Source: Chiloscyllium plagiosum
Lineage: Eukaryota
Reading direction: 5' to 3'
Assembly: GCF_004010195.1 (NCBI RefSeq)
Contig: NC_057755.1
Coordinates: 2,415,474-2,479,473, forward strand
Length of the DNA: 64,000 nt
A model generated the notes under the pieces. The model was given only the letters and a program-made list of their open reading frames with translations, had not been told where the DNA came from and did no database searches. The translations under genes were made by a program, and so were the position numbers. Shown here piece by piece: positions 36,001 through 46,419 of the stretch (position 1 is the first letter of the stretch; each line of letters starts with the position of its first letter).

Positions 36001-39000
36001 CAGTGGCAGAGACATAGTGGGGTCAGTCTAATGCCCCCAGGTGTCAGTGACAGGAACACAGTGGTGTCAGTCTAATGTCCCCAGGGGTCAGTGACAGAGA
36101 CTCAGTGGGGTCGGACTAATGTCCCCAGGGGTCAGTAACAGGGACACTGTCAGTTCAGTCTAATATTCCCAGGGGTCAGTGACAGAGACTCAGTAGGCTC
36201 AGTCTAATGTCCCAAGGGGTCAGTGACAGAGACACATTGTGGTCAGTCTAAAGTCCCCAGGGGTCAGTGACAGAGACAGTGAGGTCTGTCTATTGCCCCC
36301 AGGGGTCAGTGACTGAGACACAGTGGGGTCAGCGTAATGTCCCCAGGGGTCAGTGAAAGAGTCAAAGTGGGCTCAGTATAATGTCCCCAGGGGTCAGTGA
36401 CAGAGACACATTGGGGTTAGTCTAATGCCCCCAGGTGTCAGTGACAGGCACACAGTGGTGTCAGTCTAATGGCCCCAGGGGTCAGTGACAGGTACACAGT
36501 GGGGTCAGTCTAATGCCCCCAGGGGTCAGTGACAAAGACACAGTGGGATCAGTCTAATGTCCCCAGCGGACAGTGACAGAGACAAGTTGGGGTCAGTCTA
36601 CTGCCCCCTGGTGTCAGTGACAGGAACACAGTGGTGTCAGTCTAATGGCCCCAGGGGTCAGTGACAGAGACTCAGTGGGGTCGGACCAATGTCCCCAGGG
36701 GTCAGTAACAGGGACACTGAGAGTTCAGTCTAATATTCCAAGGGGTGAGTGACAGAGATACAGTGGGGTCAGTCGAATGTCCCAAGGGGTCAGTGACAGA
36801 GACACAGTGGGGTCAGTCTAAATATCCCAGGGGTCAGTGACAGAGACAGTGAGGTCTGTCTAATGCCCCCAGGGGTCAGTGACTGAGACACAGTGGGGTC
36901 AGCATAATGTCCCCAGGGGTCAGTGAAAGAGTCAAAGTGGGCTCAGTATAATGTCCCCAGGGGTCAGTGACAGAGACACAGTGGGGTCAGTCTAATGTCC
37001 CCAGGCATAAGTGGCAGAGACATAGTGGGGTCAGTCTAATGCCCCCAGGGGTCAGTGACAGAGACTCAGTGGGATCGGACTAATATCCCCAGGGGTCAGT
37101 GACAGGGACGCTGTCAGGACAGTGTAATATTCCCAGGGGTCAGAGACAGAGACACAGTGTGGTCAGTCTAATGTCCCCAGGGGTCAGTGACAGGTACACT
37201 GAGGGTTAGTCTAATGGCCCCAGGTGTCAGTGACAGGTACACAGTGGTGTCAGTCTAATGCCCCCAGGGGTCAGTTGCAGGGACGCTGTCAGGACTGTGT
37301 AATATTCCCAGGGGTCAGCGACAGAGACACAGTGTGGTCAGTCTAATGACCCCAGGGGTCAGTGACAGGTACACTGAGGATCAGTCTAATGCCCCCAGTT
37401 GTCAGTGACAGGTGCTCAGTGGTGTCAGTCTAATGCCCCCACGGGTCAGTGACAGAGACACAGTGGGGTCTGTCTAATGTCCCCAGGGGTCAGTGGAAGA
37501 GACATAGTGGGGTCAGTTTAATGCCCCCAGGTGTCAGTGACAAGAACACAGTGGTGTCAGTCTAATGCCCCCAGGGGTCAGTGACAGAGATTCAGTGGGG
37601 TCGGACTAATATCCCCAGTGGTCAGTTGCAGGGACGCTGTCAGGACAGTGTAATATTCCCAGGGGTCAGAGACAGAGACACAGTGTGGTCAGTCTAATGT
37701 CCCCAGGGTTCAGTGACAGAGACACAGTGAGTTCAGTCTAAAGTCCTCAGTGGTCAGTGACAGAGACACATTCGGGTCAGTCTAATGTCCCCAGGGGTCA
37801 ATGACAGAGACACAATGGTGTCAGTCGAATGTCCCAAGATGTCAGTAACAGAGACACAGTGTGGTGGGTCTAATGTCCCCAGAAGACCGTGAAAGAGACA
37901 CAGTGGGGTCAGTCTAATGTCCCCAGGGGTTAGTGACAGAGACACAGTGGGGTCAGTCTAATGCCCCCAGGGGTCTGTGACAGAGACTCAGTGGGGTCGG
38001 ACCAATGTCCCCAGGGGTCAGTAACAGGGACACTGTGAGTTCAGTCTAAAATTCCCAGGGGTCAGTGATAGAGACACAGTAGGCTCAGTCTAATGTCCCC
38101 AGGTGTCAGTGACAGAGACACAGTGGGGTCAGTCTAATGTCCCCTGGGGTCAGTGACAGAGACACAGTGGGGTCAGTCTAATGCCCCCAGTGGTTAGTGA
38201 CAGAGACACAATGGGGTTAATGTAATGTCCCCAGGGGTCTGTGACAGAGACACAGTGGGGTCGGTCTAATGTTCCCAGGGGTCAGTGACAGATACAGAAT
38301 GGATCAGTCTAATGTCCCCAGGAGTCTGGGACTGATACACAGTGGGATCAGTCTAATGTCGCCAAGGGTCAGTGACAGAGACACAGTGGGGTCAGTCAAA
38401 TGCCCCCAGCAGCCAGTGACAGAGACACAGTGGGGTCAATCAAATGCCCCCAGGGGTCAGTGACCAAAACACAGTAGGTCACCTTACGGCCCCTGGTGGT
38501 CAGTGACGGAGACACAATGGGGTCAGTTTCATGCTGCAGCAATCAGTTTCAGTGACACAGTGGAGTAAGTCTAATGTCCCCAGGGGACAGTGAGAGAGAC
38601 ACAGTGGGTTCAGTCTAAATGTCCCCAAGGGTCAGTGACAGGTACACAGTGGGGTCAGTCAAATTCCCCCAGGGATCAGTGACAAAGACAGAGTGGGTTC
38701 AGTCTAATGTCCCCAGCGGACAGTGGCAGAGACATAGTGGGGTCAGTCTAATGCCCCCAGGTGTCAGTGACAGGAACACAGTGGTGTCAGTCTAATGTCC
38801 CCAGGGGTCAGTGACAGAGACTCAGTGGGGTCGGACTAATGTCCCCAGGGGTCAGTAACAGGGACACTGTCAGTTCAGTCTAATATTCCCAGGGGTCAGT
38901 GACAGAGACACAGTAGGCTCAGTCTAATGTCCCAAGGGGTCAGTGACAGAGACACAGTGGGGTTAGTCTAAAGTCCCCAGGGGTCAGTGACAGAGACAGT

Positions 39001-40986
39001 GAGGTCTGTCTAATGCCCCCAGGGGTCAGTGACTGAGACACAGTGGGGTCAGCATAATGTCCCCAGGGGTCAGTGAAAGAGTCAAAGTGGGCTCAGTATA
39101 ATGTCCCCAGGGGTCAGTGACAGAGACACATTGGAGTCAGTCTAATGCCCCCAGGTGTCAGTGACAGAGACTCAGTGGGGTCGGACCAATGTCCCCAGGG
39201 GTCAGTAACAGGGACACTGTCAGTTAAGTCTAATATTCCCAGGGGTCAGTGACAGAGACACAGTCGGCTCAGTCTAATGTCCCCAGGTGTCAGTGACAGA
39301 GACACAGTGGGGTCAGTCTAATGTCCCCAGGGGTCAGTGACAGAGACACATTGGGGTCAGTCTAATGTCCCCAGGTGTCAGTGACAGAGGCACAGTCGGG
39401 CCAGTCTAATATCCCCGGGGTCAGTGACAGAGACACAATGGGGTCCGTCTAATGTCCCCAGTGGTCATTGACAGAGACATAGTGTGGTCAGTCTAATGCC
39501 CCCTGGGGTCAGTGACAGGTACACTGTGGGTCAGTCTAATGCCCCCAGGTGTCAGTGACAGAGACACTGTGGGGTCGGTCTAATGTCCCCAGGTGTCAGA
39601 AACAGAGACACAGTGGGGTCAGTCTAGTACCCCCGGGGGTCAGTAACGGGGACAGAGTGGGGTCAGTCTAATGTCCCCAGACGTTAGTGACAGAGTCACA
39701 GTCGGGTCAGTCTAATGCCCCCAGGGGTCAGTGACAGAGATTCAGTGGGGCCAGTCTACTGTCCCTAGGGGTCAGTGTCAGAGACACAGTGGGTTTGGTC
39801 TAATATCCCCGGAGACCAGTGACAGAGACATAGTTTAGATTATTAGATTAGATTACATTAGATTACATTACAGTGCGGAAACAAGCCCTTCGGCCCAACA
39901 AGTCCACACCCACCCATACCCCTACATTTACCCCTTACCTAACACTACGGGCAATTTAGCATGGCCAATTCACCTGACCTGCACATCTTTGGACTGTGGG
40001 AGGAACCGGAGCACCCGGAGGAAACCCACGCAGACACGGGGAGAACGTGCAAACTCAACACAGTCAGTCGCCTGAGGCGGGAATTGAACCCGGGTCTCAG
40101 GCGCTGTGAGGCAGCAGTGCTAACCACTGTGCCACCGTGCCCTCCACAGTTGGGTCAGTCTAATGCCCCCAGGGGTCAATGACAGAGACACAGTAGTGTC
40201 AGTCTAATGTGCCCAGGGTTCAATGACAGAGACACAGTGGGGTCAATCTAATGTCCCCAGAGTTCAGTGACAGAGACACAGTGTGGTTGGTATAATATTC
40301 CCAGGGGTCAGTGACAGAGACACAGTGTGGTCAGTCTCATGACTCCAGGGGTCAGTGATAGAGACACAGTGGGGTCAGTCTAATGCCCCCAGTGGTTAGT
40401 GACAGAGACACAGTGGGGTCAATCTAATGTCCCAAGGGGTCAGTGATAGAGGCACAGTGTGGTTGNNNNNNNNNNNNNNNNNNNNNNNNNNNNNNNNNNN
40501 NNNNNNNNNNNNNNNNNNNNNNNNNNNNNNNNNNNNNNNNNNNNNNNNNNNNNNNNNNNNNNNNNNNNNNNNNNNNNNNNNNNNNNNNNNNNNNNNNNNN
40601 NNNNNNNNNNNNNNNNNNNNNNNNNNNNNNNNNNNNNNNNNNNNNNNNNNNNNNNNNNNNNNNNNNNNNNNNNNNNNNNNNNNNNNNNNNNNNNNNNNNN
40701 NNNNNNNNNNNNNNNNNNNNNNNNNNNNNNNNNNNNNNNNNNNNNNNNNNNNNNNNNNNNNNNNNNNNNNNNNNNNNNNNNNNNNNNNNNNNNNNNNNNN
40801 NNNNNNNNNNNNNNNNNNNNNNNNNNNNNNNNNNNNNNNNNNNNNNNNNNNNNNNNNNNNNNNNNNNNNNNNNNNNNNNNNNNNNNNNNNNNNNNNNNNN
40901 NNNNNNNNNNNNNNNNNNNNNNNNNNNNNNNNNNNNNNNNNNNNNNNNNNNNNNNNNNNNTCAGTGACAGTGACACAGTGGGGTCA
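27070..40986 (-). repeat. 44-bp satellite in inverted orientation (about 13.9 kb)
   Basis: Repeats of AGGGGTCAGTGACAGAGACACAGTGGGGTCAGTCTAATGTCCCC. Confidence 0.97.
39836..40142 (-). mobile_element. Near full-length young HE1-type V-SINE in the satellite
   Basis: Minus strand has GGCACGGTGGCACAGTGGTTAGC (A box), GGTTCAATTCCC (B box), V-domain GTGTCTGCGTGGGTTTCCTCCGGGTGCTCCGG and a TAATC-rich tail. Confidence 0.93.
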
Positions 40987-41294
40987 TTCCCCTCTCCTTC
41001 CTCCTTCCACTTGTGGACAGGGTTGATGATGCCTTTCCTCAAGGATTCAGACAGGCGGAGTCATGCTCTCGTATACCACGGGAGATTCATGGCTGGTCAA
41101 GTCCCATAGAGACAAACACTAGTCTTTGGATCATTGCTTCTGGGAGTATTTGTCTTCTGAAAGGATTTTCCAGGGTTTGTGGTTTGTCTAGACCCTCCCA
41201 TATACCATTGTCCATGGTCTCTATGATGTAGATTGGGAGCAGATAGGAGGCCATGCTGTTTGTGGACCACATCATACAGTCTGGCATTAAACAG

Positions 41295-41515
41295 TGGGTT
41301 ATCTCTGGGTGCTCCAGTTTCCTCCCACAATCCAAAGGTGTACAGGTTGGGTGAGTTGAGTATGATAAATTGTCCATAGTGTTCAGGGATGTGTAGGTTA
41401 GGGGTAAATATGGAGTATCAGAAATGGTCTGTGTAGGTTACTCTTCGGAGGGTCGGTGTGGACATGTTGGGCCGAAGGGTCTGTTACCACACTGGAGAGA
41501 TTCTATGGATTCTAC
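41295..41515 (+). mobile_element. Partial HE1-type SINE (mirror of 15570-15790)
   Basis: Reverse-complement match to the left arm. Confidence 0.75.
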
Positions 41516-41769
41516 AGAATTCTCTGACCTGCAAAAATGTCAGACTGTGAGGAAGCTAGGGAAGAGCTTGCTGGGCCCCTTGCTGAGATATTTGTATCAT
41601 CAGCAGCAGCGGGTGGGGAGCCAGAGATTTGAGGGTGGCTGATGTGGTACCATTATGTAGGAAAGTTACTAAGGAAAAGCTAGGAAACTAGAGAGGACTG
41701 GGTCTGTCATAATTTATGGGTAAGCTTTAATAGAAGTAAAATTACATGAGCAAATATGTGAAAAAGGAG

Positions 41770-42770
41770 GAATTGTTTATATACAGAGGTTGTGGAGAGG
41801 CCTTCACGTGGATGACTCTGGAGAAACTGATTATGTACGGAGTTTGTGGAGACGTCTAAATGTGAACAGCTCTGGAGAGATTGTTTATATGTGTAGTTTG
41901 TGGAGAGGCCTACACATGGTCGGCCCTGGAGAGATTGTTAAACATAGAGTCATAAAGTCATAGAGATGTGTAGCATGGAAACAGACCCTTCGGTCCATCC
42001 AGTCCATGCTGACCAGATATCGCAACGCAATCCAGTCACACCTGCCAGCATCCGGCCCATATCCCTACAAACATTTCCTATTCATATACCCATCCAAATG
42101 CCTCTTAAATGTTGCAATTGTATCAGCCTCCGCCACTTCCTCTGACAGCTCATTCCTTTCACGTACTACCCTCTGTGTGAAAAAGTTGCCCCTTAGGTCT
42201 CTTTTATATCTTTCCCCTCTCGCACTAAACCTATGCCCTCTAGTTTTAGACTCACCGACCCTCGGCAAAAGACTTTGTCTATTTATCCTATCCATGCCCC
42301 TCATGATTTTGTAAAACTCTATAATGTCACCCCTGAACCTCCAATGCTCCAGGGAAAACAGCCCCAGCCGATTCAGCCTCTCCCGGTAGCTCAAATGCTC
42401 CAACCCTGGCAAAATCCTTGTAAATCTTTTCTGAATCCTTTCAACTTTCACAAAATGTTTCTGATAGGAAGGAGACCAGAATTGCATGGAACTCGTGGTG
42501 AGGCTTACACGTGGACGACTCTGGAGAGATTGTTTGCATATGGAGCTTACGGAGCGGCCTATACGTGGCCACCTCTGGATAGATTGTTTATATATGGAGA
42601 TTATGAAGAGGCCGACACATTGTTGGCTCTGGAGAGATTGTTCATATACAGAGCTTGTGGACAGGCCTACACGTGGACGGCTCTGGAGAAATTGTTTATT
42701 TATGTGGAACTTGTCGAGAGGCTATACGCGGATGACTCTGGAGAGATTGTATATATGCGGAGATTATCTT
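41770..42770. repeat. 54-bp minisatellite (mirror of 14263-15315), one unit shorter
   Basis: Five units lie distal to the CR1 insert here, versus six in the left arm. Confidence 0.8.
41944..42489 (-). mobile_element. 5'-truncated CR1/HER1 LINE (mirror of 14597-15143)
   Basis: ORF 42065..42487 reads QFWSPSYQKHFVKVERIQKRFTRILPG. Confidence 0.92.
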
Positions 42771-42829
42771 TAGATGTAAGGTGCTATTGAGAGCTTCTTC
42801 ATTTCATACTTCGTGTCATTGAAGCCATA

Positions 42830-45800
42830 CAGGAGACACTGAGTGGGATGACGAGTAGATTTAGAGAAGGGATTACACAGCAGGAACAGTCAGACAGATC
42901 GTTGTCTGTCAGCAAAGGGAAGAGGGTCATTCAGACGTCTCCTGCAGTTGTTCCCCTCTCTCTGTTTTGTTCAGGTGCTGTTGAAAGAGATATTCTCTCA
43001 GAGGTAAAGAGAAATAGTAGCCAGATCTTGGGCACGAAGGAAGAATCCAATGTTCAATGGGTTTTTCAAGATTTAAAAGAATAATTGTTATCCTGGGCTC
43101 TGCTGACAGGGACACAGACAGGAAATTCTGCAGCAGTAATTGTGAATCTAGGAGAGTGTGTTGCTTTTCTGGTGCCAGGGTAAAGGACTTCTCAAAACGT
43201 GTGAAGCAGATTGTCAAAGGGGAGAGAGAGAGAAAAACTGGAAGTTATTGCACACATTGGGAGGACTGGCATATTCAGGGAATGGGTTAATGCTTTGCAG
43301 AGTGAGTCTAAGAGGTTAGGTAGAAGGTTAAAGTGCAGAGCATCACAAGAAAAAATCTCGGGTTTGCTTCTGATGCCAAGTTTTGATGAGGGAAGGAATA
43401 AAAGGAGAGGACAGATAAATCAATGGCTGAAGAGCTGGTGCAATGTGCTGGGACTCTTGTTTCATGGATCATTTGGATATCGTCTGGGACAGAAACGACC
43501 TGTTCAAGAAAGGTGGGTTTCACCTGAGCTGGAAAGAGACTGATATCCTGGTTGGGAGACCTAATAGTTCTATTTCGAGAACCTGTAAACTTTTAGAGAT
43601 GGGGCTGGGGATTCCTAAATAACAGTGAAAATAGAAAGAAAGATGAGAGAGGCTCTGAATTTGAAAAGAGCAAGTTAATTAGAAAAAAAGCAGACAGGAG
43701 CAAGTCAGAGAACCAAATAATTCTAACAAATTAAACCAAGAGATCTTACATATCTGGCCAATGAATTTAGGGCATGTATGGGAACATGGGCCTGGGCTGT
43801 TGTTATTACAGAAAGCTAGCTGTGGGCAGGACAAGACAGGCTACTCAATGTTCTAGGTTTTAGATGTTATGGGAAGGATTGGAAGAGAGGCAAGAGAGTA
43901 GGGGGAGTAGCAGTTTTGATTCAGAAAAACATTCCTACTGTACTTAGCGTAGCCACTATTGAGAGATCATTTGGTGAAAATCTATATTTTGAAATTAGAA
44001 ATAAGAAAGGGATGGTCATCTTCATGGGATTGGACTATCGCCATCCCAACAGTCAGAAGAAAATTCAAAAGCAAATATTTAGAGCTCTCAAATATATATA
44101 AGACTAATAAGTTTGTAAAATTAGGGGATTTTAATTTTCCGAACGCTGACTGGGACTGCCACAGTGTTAAAGGTTAGGATCATGAAAAAAATTCCAAAAT
44201 GTGTTCAAGAAAATTTTCTTTATCAATACATTAATGTTCCAGCTGGAAAAGGAGCAAAACTTTAACTTCTTAGATCCGTACAGTGTGGAAACAGATCATT
44301 TAGCCTCACGAATCCACGCTAAACCTTGGAAGAGGATCCCACCTAGACCAATGCTCCTATCCTATATTTCCCATGGAGTAGCACACCTAATCTGCACATC
44401 CCTGGATACTATTGTGTAATGGCCAACCAACCTAACTTGCTCATCCCTGGATACTATGGTGGAATGGCCAACCAACCTAACTTGCACACCTTTGGACTGT
44501 GGAAGAGAACCAGAGCATCTGGAGGAAACCCACATAGACACAAGTAGCATGTGCAAATCCCACAGAAGCGCCGTCACTGCAGGAGAGGATCGAACATTGT
44601 TTTCTCCTGCTTTGAGGCAACAGTGAGAACCACTGAGCCACTGAGCTACTGCAGCAGCCTTTAGGAAATAAACCAAGGTATGTGACTGAAGTGTTAGCAG
44701 GGGAACACTTTGGCGCGAGTGATCATAATACTACGAGTTTTAAAGCAGTTATGGAAATGGGTTAGTCTTCCACAAAAGTTAAAGCTCTTAATTGGAGTAA
44801 GGCACATTGTAAGGATATAAAACTGAACTTTGAAAAGTTGATTGGAATATACCGTTCACAAATGGGAGCCCTTCAATTGTGTGATAATGAGAGTTCAGAA
44901 GCATAATGTTCCTGTTATAGTGAAAGGCAAAACTGATAGGATTAGAAACAAAGCATGAGCACAATAATTAAAGTTGTTGTCAAGAAGAAAGAAGGAATCA
45001 TATATTAGATACAGACAACTGGGATCAACTGAATCTCTTGACGAGTTTAAAGCATCTATTTGTACTCTTAAGAAGGAAATCGGGAAGACAACGATGGGAT
45101 AAAATACCACTCCCAGATAAGGTTAAAGATAATGTTTTAAAAATTCTGCAATTCCATTAAGAGCAAGAGAGCAAATTGAGAGAGAGTAGACCCCTCTCAA
45201 AATTAGTGAGGTCTTGTTTGCATTTAAGTTGAGGAGATGGGACAGATATTAAATGAATATTTTGCATCCATTGCATTTGTTGAGAAAGACATGGGTATTT
45301 TACATCCCAGAGAAATAAAAGTTTATGTTTTGATAACAGTTTACATGACAGAAGAAGGCATGCTAGAGGTCTTCGAAAAAATAAAGGTAGGACCTGATCA
45401 ATAGTATCCCAGGTCATTGTAGGAATTTAAGGAGGAAATTGCATGGCTCCTAATAGAAAATCTTGTATCATCTCCAAACAAGGGTGAAGTACCGAAGGGC
45501 TGGAGGGTGAAGAAGGTTATGCCAGATTACAATGGGACCTTGATCAGATAGGCCGATTGACTTAGGAGTGGCAGATAGAGTTTAATTTCGATAAATGTGA
45601 GGTTCGTTCAATTCTGGTCTCCCTGTTATACGAAATATGTTCTTAAACTTGAAATGGTTCAGAAAGATTGACAAGGATGTTGTTGGGATTGGAGAGTTTG
45701 AGCTACAGGGAAAGGCTGAACAGGGTGGGGCTGCTTTCTCTTTTGCAACAAAGGCTGAGGGATTACCTTATAGAGGTTTCTAAAATCATAAGAGATTGTG

Positions 45801-45919
45801 AATCCCTTAATAAATCATAAGGTATAGGGTGAATAAACAAAATCCTTTTCTAGTGGAGAGGAGTCCAAAACTAGATGGCACAGATTTAAGGTGAGAGAGG
45901 AAAGGTTTAAAATGAACCT
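42830..45919 (+). mobile_element. Decayed CR1 LINE pieces (mirror of 11094-14200), cut off at the gap
   Basis: ORFs 43057, 43211 and 43959 (GDFNFPNADWD). An RT 3' fragment occupies 45505-45919. Confidence 0.8.
44269..44650 (-). mobile_element. HE1-type V-SINE (mirror of 12361-12742)
   Basis: Reverse-complement match, including the internal duplication. Confidence 0.85.
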
Positions 45920-46419
45920 NNNNNNNNNNNNNNNNNNNNNNNNNNNNNNNNNNNNNNNNNNNNNNNNNNNNNNNNNNNNNNNNNNNNNNNNNNNNNNNNN
46001 NNNNNNNNNNNNNNNNNNNNNNNNNNNNNNNNNNNNNNNNNNNNNNNNNNNNNNNNNNNNNNNNNNNNNNNNNNNNNNNNNNNNNNNNNNNNNNNNNNNN
46101 NNNNNNNNNNNNNNNNNNNNNNNNNNNNNNNNNNNNNNNNNNNNNNNNNNNNNNNNNNNNNNNNNNNNNNNNNNNNNNNNNNNNNNNNNNNNNNNNNNNN
46201 NNNNNNNNNNNNNNNNNNNNNNNNNNNNNNNNNNNNNNNNNNNNNNNNNNNNNNNNNNNNNNNNNNNNNNNNNNNNNNNNNNNNNNNNNNNNNNNNNNNN
46301 NNNNNNNNNNNNNNNNNNNNNNNNNNNNNNNNNNNNNNNNNNNNNNNNNNNNNNNNNNNNNNNNNNNNNNNNNNNNNNNNNNNNNNNNNNNNNNNNNNNN
46401 NNNNNNNNNNNNNNNNNNN

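Larger units (their letters stand above)
26920..45919 (-). repeat. Inverted duplicate of 11094-26419 (LINE/SINE block plus 44-bp satellite)
   Basis: Matching ORF pairs on opposite strands: 11903/44895, 13415/43211, 14772/42006, 15855/41013 and 26321/26412. The end at 45919 is the reverse complement of sequence starting at 11094. Confidence 0.95.

Noticed and set aside
39836..40142. tRNA gene
   Set aside because: The A and B boxes belong to a SINE head that continues into a V-domain and LINE-like tail.
16100..40986. CRISPR-like array or Ig/TCR locus with RSSs
   Set aside because: The repeats are head-to-tail with no unique spacers and no cas genes. The heptamers lack nonamers, and no V, D or J segments are visible.
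27070..40986. Nuclear-receptor response element array (GGGTCA twice per unit)
   Set aside because: The spacers of about 15 and 17 nt do not match canonical DR1-DR5 elements, and there is no supporting evidence.
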